This document shows, piece after piece, positions 1 through 9,570 of a stretch of DNA of 64,000 nucleotides. The notes beneath the pieces were generated by a model that was not told the DNA's origin, searched no databases, and saw nothing but the letters and a program-made list of their open reading frames with translations. This DNA comes from Lysobacterales bacterium. Lineage in GTDB: Bacteria > Pseudomonadota > Gammaproteobacteria > Xanthomonadales > SZUA-5. The position numbers and the translations under genes are program-made. Every line of letters starts with the position of its first letter. The first letter of the stretch is position 1. Where the stretch lies: contig JALHMH010000009.1 in assembly GCA_022844165.1 (NCBI GenBank), positions 1 to 64,000 of the forward strand. The letters are read 5' to 3'.

Positions 1-118
1 GCCCGCCTCTTGAACGAGCGGCCGCGCGAAACGCTGGGTTGGGATACGCCGGCCGAACGACTCGCGAAAGTCATTCAACAAAACTCAAACCGTGTTGCAC
101 TTGATTCTTGAGACCGCC
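1..118 (+). mobile_element. Right end of an IS30-family insertion sequence (3' end of transposase plus terminal inverted repeat ~92-118)
   Basis: Frame 1 reads ARLLNERPRETLGWDTPAERLAKVIQQNSNRVALDS* (stop at 109-111), the LNxRPRxxLGWxTPxE C-terminal signature of IS30 transposases. It is followed by GTGTTGCACTTGATTCTTGAGACCGCC, an IS30-like end. Confidence 0.85.
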
Positions 119-629
119 CTGTGTTGATCTCTTTTTTTGTGTCCGTTGTCAAAGACTGGTGTCGTTCACTGGCTTGAAGCGTAGCAAATGCTCCCACAAG
201 TGCAGCGGCGAGCGGAACACTATGGGCGTTCAGCAACTCCTGCCGCTTCGTGAATGGTAGATTTCCCATTAAGAGCAAAGCACCGGCACTCAAATTGCTT
301 CTCGCCATCTCCACAATGGAAGAGGCGCTAGGGTGCGACGAAGTTAGAGCAGTACCATTATCAAGGCTCTCTCTGAGTCGATTGTGTAGCTTAGCGAAAG
401 TTGCCTCCGCCCCATTGCTCTCGAACGTTTCCGCCAGGGAGATCAGACTATTAAAAAATGCAGTCTGCGCTCCCCATATTTGGTCTAATGCCTGGTACTC
501 GGCTCGACCTTCGACCTTCCAAAAATCGGACTCTGCCCGAGCCCAGGCCAAGAGATCCTCCGAGGTACTGAACTCGAATTCTCGCCCGCTTCTTGTTTCG
601 CTGGCCGTAAGTTTTCTCGGGAATTGCAC
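119..629 (-). pseudogene. AT-richer hypothetical gene, 5' part only, interrupted by IS30 at ~118
   Basis: GTG start at 629 preceded by GGAGG. The ORF runs into the IS30 end, so its last ~14 codons are IS sequence. Composition is visibly more AT-rich than the flanking genes. Confidence 0.7.
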
Positions 630-647
630 GTCGCGACCTCCAAATAA

Positions 648-708
648 GTCTAACTAAAAATAGACGACACGAAGCCAACGCTGGGATGTCGCCTATTCCG
701 AATGGGAC
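648..708 (-). other. Degenerate attC-like imperfect inverted repeat with GTTRRRY core (GTTAGAC on minus strand)
   Basis: GTCTAAC-5 nt-ATAGACGACA ... TGTCGCCTAT-5 nt-ATGGGAC. The core site lies 19 nt upstream of the start of the 119-629 gene. Confidence 0.4.
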
Positions 709-969
709 TTGCGCTTGACCTGTCCACCGGCACTTCCCTCATCAGTAGTCAAACCTAAAGTTTCGTGGATGGAGAGGGAACGAGCCCTCCAGGACCAGCG
801 CTGTGCGATCTATCGGGACTGCAACAGTTTGCACTTTGAGACGGCGTGTGTCGATCTTGACGGACACTTGATGTCAATGAAGTGTCCCTGAGCCGCAACC
901 GCCGGCGCCACGCCATCATCCAAGAACGCGGATAGCTCGACGCCGAGCGGCTGGGGTCTGTCGTTGGAT

Positions 970-1350
970 GCTCATCGTCCGAGCACGAACCACAGGCAAT
1001 CGTTGCCAAATGCTCGTTGTTCGACGTCGAGTGAATTTCATTCGTCGTCGAGTGATCGAGCACACGTGCACGAACGCGCGGCGTTCGGCGTCGAGCAATT
1101 TTTGTTCGTCGTCGAGTGATCGAGCACTCGTGCACGAACGCGCGGCGTTCGGGGTCGAGTAATTTTTGTTCGGCATCGAGTAATCGACTATTCGTGCGCG
1201 AATGCGCGGCGTTCGGCGTCGAGCAGTTTTTGTTCGGCGTCGAATGAAATTCGTTCCCTGTCGGACAAATTTTGCTCGCCGTCGAATGAATTCTGTTCGG
1301 CGTCGGACAATTTTTGCCCGGCGGCGAGTGAATTTTGTTCGGCGTCGAAT
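970..1350. repeat. Degenerate 21-bp tandem repeat array with three 64-bp higher-order units
   Basis: Core GTTCGGCGTCGA recurs at 1019, 1083, 1104, 1147, 1168, 1211, 1232, 1295, 1337 and others. The 64-bp units are at 1041-1104, 1105-1168 and 1169-1232. Confidence 0.85.
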
Positions 1351-1406
1351 ACGGTGCATGCGATGGCGTCGCATGGGCTTCGATGGGTGATGCCCGGTCT
1401 CGCCTG

Positions 1407-1427
1407 GGAGCGCCGACGTCCTCGGCG
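1407..1427 (+). repeat. Single REP-like element (GGAG + palindrome)
   Basis: GGAG-CGCCGA-CGTCC-TCGGCG matches the G(T/G)AG-plus-hairpin architecture of RAYT-type REPs. Only one copy is seen. Confidence 0.35.
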
Positions 1428-1608
1428 ACATGTCTTCATCATTCTCCCGCCGCGCGATGTACTCATCGAGGCAGCGCATAGGCCCTGACAATTCGCAGAG
1501 CCGTTTTCCCCGAATGCCAATGGCCATCGCGTCCGCAGCGAGCGCCGCAACCTAATCAGCGGTCTGCTCCTATTCGCTGCGGCGTGCCGGATTCTTGACG
1601 ATCCTGCG

Positions 1609-4425
1609 TTGTTGAGTACCATGCCTACGCCCATGTCCGCCTCGCACAGCCAATTGCGCGCTTTGTTGGAAGCGGCGCTGGAACTCCCCAACAGCGCAGA
1701 GCGCGAAACGCTGTTGGCGGCCCACCCTGACCCGAGGTTGGCGCAGGAGGTGCGCGCGCTGCTCGGGCTGCAGGAGCAGGCATCGGCGCTGGACCTTGGC
1801 GCGGCAAGTCTGGCGCAGCTTGCCGCCGACGCCCAGGTCCTCCCCACGCGCATCGGGCCCTACCGCATTGTCGGCCTGCTCGGCTGCGGCGGCATGGGCG
1901 AGGTGTACCACGGGGTGCGCGACGACGGCAGTTTCGAGATGCATGTCGCCATCAAGGTGGTGCGCGACCTCCATTCGGCCGAACAGATCGCCCGCTTCGA
2001 ACGCGAGCGGGCGCTACTCGCGCGGCTGGAGCACCCGGCGATCGCGCGTGTGCTGGATGGCGGCCGCACCGAATCCGGTTTGCCCTGGATGGCGATCGAG
2101 CGTGTGGTCGGCCTGCCGTTCGACCAGTACGTGCGCGCCCACGGACTCGGTCTGCGCCAGCGCATCGAACTGCTGCTGGGGGTTCACGCGGCGGTCCAGT
2201 TCGCGCACCAGAACCTGATCGTGCATCGCGACCTGAAACCAGCGAACGTGCTGGTGGATGCCGATGGCCGGCCCCGGTTGCTGGATTTCGGCGTGGCCAA
2301 GCTGCTCGGCGAGGTCGACCACACCCAGACCGCCGGGCGCGCACCGATGACCTTCGCCTACGCCGCGCCGGAGCAAGTCCGCGGCGAGGCGATTACCACC
2401 GCCACCGATGTGTACGCCCTCGGCGTGATGCTGTACGAACTGTTGACCGGCGAACGGCCCCACAAACCCCGCGGCGAGAACCCGCTCAGCCTGCTCCAGG
2501 CAATCACCGACACCGATGCTACGGCGCCGAGCATTGCGCTGGAGAGACTCAGTCTTGGCACCGGCGTGGGTATCCCCGCCACCCAGCTTCGTGGCGATCT
2601 GGACACGATCTGCCTCAAGGCATTGAGCCGCGACCCGCAGCGGCGCTATGCCAGTGTCCAGGCTTTCGCCGACGACCTGCGCGCCTACCTCGAAAGCCGA
2701 CCGATCAGTGCGCGCCGCGACAGCGGCCGCTACCGGCTGGGCAAGTGGCTGCGGCGCAACCCGATGCTCGCCAGCAGCCTGATGCTATTGGCGCTGAGCA
2801 TTGTCGCTGGCGGATGGTTCAGCTATCGCTACGCCCGCGCTGCGAACCTGGAGACCGAGCGCGCACTGGCGCAACTGCGCGCCACCGACGCCCTGAGCCA
2901 GGTGCTGACCGGAATGTTCGCTGATGCCAGCCCCTACCGCAGCTCGCGCGCCGGCGTCACCGTGGAAAACCTGCTGCGCCTTGCCGCGCAGCGCGCGCAG
3001 ACCGAATTGCAGAGCGAACCCGATTTGCGCCTCAACGTCCAGAGCGATCTTGCCTTGGCGGTGCACTTCGCGGTGGATTCGGAACAGGGCCTCGCCCAGC
3101 TCAAGGACCTGTGGCAACAGGCGGAGCGCGATCCGACGGTGGCTCCGGAGGTCAAGCTCCGGGCGCTGCTGAATCTCATCAATGCCTACGACAATGCTGC
3201 CAAGACCGGCGACAGCGCAGAACTGAGGCCCAAGGTCGCGGCCTTCCGTCCCGAACCCGAAGCCGGTACGCTGCTGTGGTATCGGCGCCAGCGAGCGCTG
3301 CTGGACACCACCGACTACGCCCCCGATTCGATCGCTGCGCTGCGAGAGTTTGCGCGCCAGGCCAGCGGCTTCCGCGAGAGCTGGAAGTGGGAGACGCAGG
3401 CGATCCTGGCGCGCTACCTGCGCCGCGCCGGTCGCTTCGACGAATCCGACCCGCTGCACGAGCAGCTGATTGCCCACTACCGCGCATCCGGCGAACGCCT
3501 GGCATTGGCCTCGGTGCTACGCACCTCGGTGTACAAGGCAGCTTCCAGCCGCCACAAGGTCGAGCGGATCCAGGAGGCGCTCGATATCACCGTCGCCGAA
3601 CTGGGGGCGGATCACCCAGACACCTTGCTCACGCGGATGAACCTGATCGAGGCGCGGCTCGCGACCGGCGAGGTCGATCAGGTCGATGGTGAGTTCCTCG
3701 CGCTGATCGATCAGCAACGGCGCTACCGAAGTGAAGTCACGGTCGCGACCCTGGTCAACTATGTGCGTTACCTGATCGACCGGCGCGATTTCCGCCGCGC
3801 GGCGCCATTCGCGCAGGAAGCCCTGGCGCTCGCACCGGGCCTGAAGCTGAACAAGGATGCGCCGATGGCGCTGGCCCCGCGGCTCTACGCGCTGCAGGTG
3901 GAGCTGGGCCTGGGCCATCTGACGGCAGTAGCAGCGGACCTGCCAGCCCTGATCGAGGACGCTCGCCATGCGCCGCCGGCCTATTGGCGGATGTTGCTGC
4001 TGTCGGCCGAATTGAAGCAGCGCCAGGGCGCTCACCGCGAGGCACTGGCGACGGCACTGCAGGCGTTGGACGCGCTGCCCCCGCGGCCGGCTGATGCGCC
4101 GCCGACAGCGCATGAAGGGCGGGTGCAGTTGCTGCTCGGAGACCTGTACCTGACGCAGGGCGACCGGGTGCAGGCACGTGCCAGTCTCGAGCGCGCGCTG
4201 GCGGTCGATGCAGCCACGCCCGAACCTTGGGTCGTGTGGCCAGCACGCGCACAGTGGCTGCTGGCGGAGGCGCTTTCGGGAGAGCCGGGCCAGGACCAGC
4301 GTGCGGACGCGCTGCGCGAACAGGCGATGGATCGCATCGACAGGCTGACGCCGCAAGACGACCCCTGGCGCCGGGACCTGATTCGAGCCGGCGTTGCAGC
4401 GCCGCGGCAGGCCGATCCGCGCTGA
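1609..4425 (+). CDS. Hanks-type Ser/Thr protein kinase with TM helix and C-terminal TPR-like region (kinase 1)
   Basis: GCGGMGEVY, VAIK, HRDLKPANV, DFG and YAAPE motifs. Hydrophobic segment after RRNP, then an Ala/Leu-rich helical C-terminus. The start may be ATG 1621 or 1633. Confidence 0.93.
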   Translation: MLSTMPTPMSASHSQLRALLEAALELPNSAERETLLAAHPDPRLAQEVRALLGLQEQASALDLGAASLAQLAADAQVLPTRIGPYRIVGLLGCGGMGEVYHGVRDDGSFEMHVAIKVVRDLHSAEQIARFERERALLARLEHPAIARVLDGGRTESGLPWMAIERVVGLPFDQYVRAHGLGLRQRIELLLGVHAAVQFAHQNLIVHRDLKPANVLVDADGRPRLLDFGVAKLLGEVDHTQTAGRAPMTFAYAAPEQVRGEAITTATDVYALGVMLYELLTGERPHKPRGENPLSLLQAITDTDATAPSIALERLSLGTGVGIPATQLRGDLDTICLKALSRDPQRRYASVQAFADDLRAYLESRPISARRDSGRYRLGKWLRRNPMLASSLMLLALSIVAGGWFSYRYARAANLETERALAQLRATDALSQVLTGMFADASPYRSSRAGVTVENLLRLAAQRAQTELQSEPDLRLNVQSDLALAVHFAVDSEQGLAQLKDLWQQAERDPTVAPEVKLRALLNLINAYDNAAKTGDSAELRPKVAAFRPEPEAGTLLWYRRQRALLDTTDYAPDSIAALREFARQASGFRESWKWETQAILARYLRRAGRFDESDPLHEQLIAHYRASGERLALASVLRTSVYKAASSRHKVERIQEALDITVAELGADHPDTLLTRMNLIEARLATGEVDQVDGEFLALIDQQRRYRSEVTVATLVNYVRYLIDRRDFRRAAPFAQEALALAPGLKLNKDAPMALAPRLYALQVELGLGHLTAVAADLPALIEDARHAPPAYWRMLLLSAELKQRQGAHREALATALQALDALPPRPADAPPTAHEGRVQLLLGDLYLTQGDRVQARASLERALAVDAATPEPWVVWPARAQWLLAEALSGEPGQDQRADALREQAMDRIDRLTPQDDPWRRDLIRAGVAAPRQADPR

Positions 4426-4618
4426 GGCGCCGGCTGGCCTGGCATCCGTCGCAACCTGCGCGCCGCACGCATCGCTGACGCCAGAGATCGATCAGGAGAT
4501 TGTGGATGAGGTCAAAGCCGTTCGCGCCGAGCAGCGCGCTCGCCACGGATGAGCGCACTGCGTGCCGTTTTCGACGGGCTGCTCTGGCACGGGCCACCGA
4601 GTCTCCCGGCGCGATCGG

Positions 4619-5425
4619 TTACTCGAGCTTGCTGAGCGGCACGGGTGTTCCAGGCAACAACTGCGCACCATCGCGCTGGCTCATCACCAGCACCGCCGAT
4701 TTGTCGCTTGCAAAATCGATCGCAAACTCGCCGACATTGATGCTGGCAGCGGCAGACTGCGGAGCGAAATTGCAATCGGAGTTGGGAAATTGACCGGAAC
4801 ACGCAAACGGCACCGATGTCAGGCGATGGATCTTGCCGATCAGGCGCGTTGGCGTTTGCCAGCTGGCGTCCTGGAACAAGTGCCATCGAGGCGAACCGTC
4901 GCTGGCGTAATTCGTCCACATGCCCCAGACGCGATCGACATTGCGGTCTTTGTTGTGTTCAAGCACCAGGCCTGAGCCGCTTGCCTGCGGGAAGTACCAG
5001 GCGCCATCGACACGGTATTCGCTGATCCTGGGTGCGCTGCTGGAGCGGCTTTGAACCGCCAGATCTTGCTCGCCGAGGACTTCGCCCCTGGAGGTGGCGA
5101 GCGTGACACGCACAGTGCCGAAATCCACACCGCCCAAGTCCTCAAATCGTACCGAGGTTTCAACGCGATACGGGGTGAGCACAAAAAAACAGGCCCCGGG
5201 ATTGCCGGTATCCAGCGTCAGCAGACGGCGATGGAACCTGCCCGACATCGAGACGCGTTGTGGAACGCAACTGTCCCTCCAAATGCCGCTCACGGTCAGC
5301 GTGACCATCTCGCCAAAGACAATCTGTGCGGGTTCGGTGGTAATCCATCGGTGGTTGGTTTGCGCAAAAGCCTCGAGGGGCAAAGTCAACACCAGGGCCG
5401 CAACAGAACGCTGAAACAGTCTCAT
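4619..5425 (-). CDS. Secreted hypothetical protein with C-terminal W-x-x-P...G-x-G...G-x-P-R-W domain
   Basis: GAGGA RBS. Signal peptide MRLFQRSVAALVLTLPLEAFA. Contains GAWYFPQASGSGL...WTNYASDGSPRW. Confidence 0.8.
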   Translation of the reverse strand: MRLFQRSVAALVLTLPLEAFAQTNHRWITTEPAQIVFGEMVTLTVSGIWRDSCVPQRVSMSGRFHRRLLTLDTGNPGACFFVLTPYRVETSVRFEDLGGVDFGTVRVTLATSRGEVLGEQDLAVQSRSSSAPRISEYRVDGAWYFPQASGSGLVLEHNKDRNVDRVWGMWTNYASDGSPRWHLFQDASWQTPTRLIGKIHRLTSVPFACSGQFPNSDCNFAPQSAAASINVGEFAIDFASDKSAVLVMSQRDGAQLLPGTPVPLSKLE

Positions 5426-5996
5426 TGCTTTGTCCTCATGAAAGTTTCTGGTCGGCGACACCGGCGCTTTGGCACCGAACAGGGTGCATCAGTGATTGGG
5501 AAGGCCGCCGACGAGGCCACAACGGGGCGGATCATTGGGCAGTTCCTGGCGAACCACCAAGGCACCTGGCAGGTCGATCAGTGCCGGAGGTTGCCGGAAA
5601 ATCGCCCGACTCTGAATACAACGCGGAAAATGCCGAGCTAACGGGTCACAAGTTCCACTTGCCCTTGTCACCCGATCTCGGCCTTCACAGAATCGTCCCG
5701 TCGGCGTAGCCGCCGGGCGTTCGGCTCGGCACACGCCTTTCGGCGTGTACGCGCCGATCCTCACCCCCCGGGCTTATCGGCGATCAACCTCCAGCGACGG
5801 GTTGGTAGCTTTCGCTGGCCTGACGAACTCGTGTTCGAAGGCATGTCCAGGCAAGGCACTCTTAGCGATATCGAACTCGCGATCGAGGGTGACGGCGGAC
5901 TCACACGCGTGGCGCCGCTTACCTGTGCTGATCTCGGACACGGCCGGCTCGGAACCGCTGAGCCAGTCCTGCTGGATTTAACCGACATCGCTTCGC

Positions 5997-6026
5997 TTGA
6001 CTAAGTCATCGGACTAAGCCTAATCT
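5997..6026 (+). promoter_or_regulatory. Putative sigma70 promoter with operator palindrome for the phd-vapC operon
   Basis: TTGACT-18 nt-TAATCT. The palindrome TGACTAAGTCA overlaps the -35 box and a second half-site GGACTAAG follows. Confidence 0.55.
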
Positions 6027-6050
6027 GAACGGCAAACGGGAGGCGCCACC

Positions 6051-6275
6051 ATGATCAATGTCCATGAGGCAAAAACCAACTTTTCCAAGTTGCTTGAGGA
6101 TGCGCATGCGGGCAAGGAGATCATCCTGGCCAAGGCAGGTGTGCCCTATGCGCGGCTCGTGCCGCTGGCACCAACCGAGACCGGTCGCAAACCCGGGCGC
6201 GTTCCGGAGATCGTGGATGCCGGCTTTTTTGAGCCCTTGCCGGACGCCGAGCTTGCCGCGTGGAATGGCGAATGA
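6051..6275 (+). CDS. Phd/YefM-family antitoxin
   Basis: INVHEAKTNFSKLL...GKEIILAKAGVPYARLVP signature. GGGAGG RBS. Confidence 0.92.
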   Translation: MINVHEAKTNFSKLLEDAHAGKEIILAKAGVPYARLVPLAPTETGRKPGRVPEIVDAGFFEPLPDAELAAWNGE

Positions 6276-6291
6276 GCGGAGGCGGTGTACC

Positions 6292-6678
6292 ATGAAGCTG
6301 CTGCTCGACACCCACACCTTGCTGTGGTGGAGCGCGAACGACCAGCGGCTGTCGGCCACGGCGCGTGCGGCAATAGCCCACGGCAACAACGAGGTCATGG
6401 TCAGTGCAGCCAGCGCGTGGGAGATCGCGACCAAAGCGCGCATCGGCAAACTCAAAGGCGTAGAAAGGTTGCTGTCCAACTTCGAGGCATTGATGTCAGC
6501 CGACCAATTCGTGCTGCTGGCCATGCATCACCCCCATGCCTTGCTTGCGGGCAGTTTTGCACACGAGCATCGCGATCCTTTTGATCGCATGTTGGCGGCA
6601 CAAGCCTTGATCGAAGGCGCGACATTGGTGACTGAAGACGCCGCATTGCGTGCTTTCGGGGCGAAAACGCTATGGTGA
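6292..6678 (+). CDS. vapC: VapC PIN-domain toxin
   Basis: MKLLLDTHTLLWW, SAASAWEI and HRDPFDRMLAAQA motifs. Directly downstream of the antitoxin. Confidence 0.92.
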   Translation: MKLLLDTHTLLWWSANDQRLSATARAAIAHGNNEVMVSAASAWEIATKARIGKLKGVERLLSNFEALMSADQFVLLAMHHPHALLAGSFAHEHRDPFDRMLAAQALIEGATLVTEDAALRAFGAKTLW

Positions 6679-6887
6679 AATGCGATGGCCCGCGGTGCTC
6701 ACAAGCTCGACTAATGGTCGCGTATGACGACCTTGCGAGAAGTCAGCATCTCGCTACAACTCGCGAAACCCGTTTGCTGGTAGCGCCCGATGACGGCATC
6801 AAGATAGAAACGAACAGGGATACGCAGTAGCACAGGAAAGGTCAATCCCATTGACGCGGTGAATATGACCAGCATCGCTCCGCTTTC

Positions 6888-7106
6888 TCACTCGTCGCCA
6901 GAATGGCGCTCGAAAGCTAACAAGTCGCCCGGCTGACAGTCGAGCACATCGCAGATCTTGGCGAGAGTTTCGAATCTCACGCCACGGACCTTTCCGGCTC
7001 TGATCAGCGACAGGTTCTGCTCCGATAAACCGATCCGCCGGGCAAGCTCCTTTGAGCGCATCTTGCGCCGTGCCAGCATTACATCAAGCGTAAGGACGAT
7101 CCGCAT
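6888..7106 (-). CDS. XRE/Cro-C1 HTH regulator (YozG-like)
   Basis: LDVMLARRKM...NLSLIRAGKVRGVRFETLAKICDVLDCQPGDLL. This is the typical partner of DUF2975. Confidence 0.9.
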   Translation of the reverse strand: MRIVLTLDVMLARRKMRSKELARRIGLSEQNLSLIRAGKVRGVRFETLAKICDVLDCQPGDLLAFERHSGDE

Positions 7107-7109
7107 GGC

Positions 7110-7673
7110 TCAGAGAATGTGCGCCTGCTCGTCAGCCAGCGAGTGTCCATGCTCGAAGACCAGAGCGAGTGCCAGCAGCAGGAAGGCGAAAAGGATGTGG
7201 CGCAGCTCCTGTGCACGAAAGGTCAAAGCCAATATGCGTTCGCCTTCGCCTGCATTCCAGCTGAGAACGATCCCCTCGATCGCCTGAACAAATGGAGCCG
7301 CAAGGGCGAGCGCGAACATGAGCATGGCAAATGTGCGGAAGCTGCCCACCGCACTCCGGGAAAAGGCTCTGTCCTCGGCGAACTCCCGAAAAATGCCCGC
7401 GAGACGTATCAGCGCGAAGCTGTTCAGGCCCGCAAAGAACAAGCCAAGAGCGATGCCAGCCATGCGCTGGCCGGGCGCCAAACCGGATGCTGGATAGGGA
7501 AGCCCGTCGAAAACGCCCCAATAGGTGCGGAACCAGTCTGGCCAGAGCCAAACTGATGCCGTCGCCACGGGCGCTAAAGTGGCGAGAACGAAACATAGTA
7601 AAAACATGGTCTTACACCACTTTCGCAAGCTGTCGTTGACTTTCATCGGTTCCTCAGGATTAATGTCAGACAT
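7110..7673 (-). CDS. DUF2975-family membrane protein
   Basis: Four hydrophobic segments and C-terminal VFEHGHSLADEQ. Directly upstream of the YozG-like HTH gene. The start may be ATG 7646. Confidence 0.8.
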   Translation of the reverse strand: MSDINPEEPMKVNDSLRKWCKTMFLLCFVLATLAPVATASVWLWPDWFRTYWGVFDGLPYPASGLAPGQRMAGIALGLFFAGLNSFALIRLAGIFREFAEDRAFSRSAVGSFRTFAMLMFALALAAPFVQAIEGIVLSWNAGEGERILALTFRAQELRHILFAFLLLALALVFEHGHSLADEQAHIL

Positions 7674-7723
7674 GAATTACTTAACGCCTTATTGGATCCT
7701 ATCAAACCCGAACCAGGAAAACG

Positions 7724-9037
7724 ATGATGAGGTTGATCCGCCTGCCAAGACACTTGTTTCTTTCCATCATGATCGTCGCGACAGCTGCCTGCGCATCCAG
7801 GCCTCTGCCATCGGCGATCAATACGCCTACGCTCCATGCTTATGAAATCACGATTGATGCTCGCAGCCCAACCGAGGCGAAAGTGACTCTCGCCGTTTCC
7901 GGTGCCCCATCTTCGATTTATCCGGCGCGAGACGGAGACGGCGTAGGTGTCAAGGATGTACGTTGCGTCGACGGGCGCGAGGCTCTTGAGGACAATGGAA
8001 GCTGGCTGGTACCAGCGGCCTGCACGCGTCTTGAATGGGCGAGCGCGATAGAGGATTTAGACGCGGCTGGCATCGATGCCAGCCTGCCTACGGCGGCCTT
8101 TAGTCGACAGCACGGTTATCTTGTTCTACCAGAGCGCGACGGCCTCCTGCGCGCCGGGAGCGCTGGCGGGACTGCGACTCTGCGTCTTAGAGATCTCGGC
8201 GGAAGCATCACCGAGCGGAAGTACGCTTTCCCTTCGAACAATCAGCCGCCGTTCTATGCGGTCGTCGGCACACAAGCTACGCGAGAATATGAAACTAGCG
8301 GATTTACGTTGCGGATATTCGGCGATGCTCCCGACTACAGCTGGATGGACGAGATCCACCGTCACGTGCTCGCCAGTTGGTCCAGATGGCGCCGCGATCT
8401 GGTTTCCGGTATCTCACCCTCTTCGATTGACTGGGCTTGGGTAAGGCCGGTTGCGGGTTCCGAGCCTGGCTATAGTGCAAGCGCAGGCGCCGAGGCGATC
8501 GTGTCGCAAATCGTTCTGCGCGAGGGCGACCCCGATGCCGAGGCAAAAGCGCGTGTGGTGATCGCCACCAGCGCGGCACATGAGGGTTTTCACACGATCA
8601 CCGGTGCCGCCGGCCAGGCTTGGCCGGCCTGGGTCAACGAGAGTCTTGCGAACCACTTCGCGATAGCTGCCGCACGCGTATTTCTCGCGCCTGCGGATCA
8701 GCGCTGGTTGAATGCTTACTATGTCGATCCGGAAGCGCGCGCGCCGTTGCTCGAAGCGCAGGCACTTTATGGCGCGGGGGACGGTGGGCAGGCTCAGGTT
8801 TTTTACACTTGGGGTGCTCGATTCTGGCGCGAGATCGAGAAAGTGCTGACCAACCAGCCCAACGAATCGGGCAGCCTGGCGGCGCTGATTGTTGAGACGA
8901 ACAACTTTGCTCAGGTTGATCTCAATAATGCCGGTGCGCTAGCGATGCTGCTTGATCGCCATAGCGAGGATAGGGCCTCACCGATCGTGCGATGCTTCCT
9001 CCAAGGTCTAGATTGTCCGTCACTGAATCTAGAATGA
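7724..9037 (+). CDS. Exported (possibly lipoprotein) zinc metallopeptidase, gluzincin/MA-like
   Basis: N-terminal signal with TAAC lipobox-like motif. HEGFH followed by WVNESLA (HExxH...E). Confidence 0.7.
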   Translation: MMRLIRLPRHLFLSIMIVATAACASRPLPSAINTPTLHAYEITIDARSPTEAKVTLAVSGAPSSIYPARDGDGVGVKDVRCVDGREALEDNGSWLVPAACTRLEWASAIEDLDAAGIDASLPTAAFSRQHGYLVLPERDGLLRAGSAGGTATLRLRDLGGSITERKYAFPSNNQPPFYAVVGTQATREYETSGFTLRIFGDAPDYSWMDEIHRHVLASWSRWRRDLVSGISPSSIDWAWVRPVAGSEPGYSASAGAEAIVSQIVLREGDPDAEAKARVVIATSAAHEGFHTITGAAGQAWPAWVNESLANHFAIAAARVFLAPADQRWLNAYYVDPEARAPLLEAQALYGAGDGGQAQVFYTWGARFWREIEKVLTNQPNESGSLAALIVETNNFAQVDLNNAGALAMLLDRHSEDRASPIVRCFLQGLDCPSLNLE

Positions 9038-9164
9038 CATCGGAAGCCACGCCAACAGTGGTGAACAACGACTTTCTCGCCTTGGAGCTTATCCACGCGA
9101 GTACTCTCGGTTCTGGAATCGGCCGCAAGATCTCCCACAGTACATTGGTGTCGAGAACAATCAT
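9035..9164 (-). pseudogene. vapC: Truncated VapC/FitB PIN toxin (N-terminal ~40 codons only)
   Basis: MIVLDTNVLWEILRPIPEPRVLAWI...LFTT, then similarity is lost where the peptidase gene ends. The downstream catalytic acidic residues are absent. Confidence 0.8.
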
Positions 9165-9409
9165 TGGCCGAGGATGTTCGGTTCTCGGATTGGTTCACGC
9201 GGTGCGAGCTCCAGCTCGATACCACCGAAGGATTGAACACGAGCGCGAATCGCCTCTACGATCGAAACCGAACTTGAGGGTTCTGCCGACAGCGCCGCCC
9301 GTAGGATGTCGCGCGCTTCGTCTTCCATCGATCGGCCATTCTGGGCCGCCAATACACGAAGCCGCTTTTTAAGAGCGTCATCGATGTTCCGAATAGTCAT
9401 GCTGGCCAT
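9161..9409 (-). CDS. FitA-like ribbon-helix-helix antitoxin
   Basis: MASMTIRNIDDALKKRLRVLAAQNGRSMEDEARDIL signature. GGAG RBS. Overlaps the vapC start (ATGA). Confidence 0.9.
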   Translation of the reverse strand: MASMTIRNIDDALKKRLRVLAAQNGRSMEDEARDILRAALSAEPSSSVSIVEAIRARVQSFGGIELELAPREPIREPNILGQ

Positions 9410-9570
9410 TGGTATCTCCGTGCATCGCGATTCATCATTTTCGCCCATTTCCTTAGACAGAATCACATGAAATCGAAACGCTCTCCCGCTGCCTCTAATG
9501 CGCCGCGCCTTCGCGTCGGGCTCAAGGATGTTGATCGCGAGGTTTTTTCGTCGCAGTCCAGGCACGACTC

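Noticed and set aside
709-891. 60-aa ORF with QDQRCAI, reminiscent of an HNH-like nuclease fragment
   Set aside because: Too short and ambiguous to assign without a search.
970-1350. Possible CRISPR array
   Set aside because: Cores are only ~12 bp and degenerate, intervening sequences are short and mutually similar, and there are no cas genes in the window.
755-1527. Arg-rich ORFs (RRRTK repeats)
   Set aside because: By-products of the 21-bp repeat, with no credible start signals.
1585-1620. Shared ECF-type promoter motif upstream of kinase and secreted genes
   Set aside because: Only weak CGTT-like similarities by eye. This needs motif discovery over many loci.
5470-5990. Short ORFs upstream of the phd-vapC operon
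   Set aside because: No recognisable motif, RBS or consistent coding bias. Possibly remnants, but unsupported.
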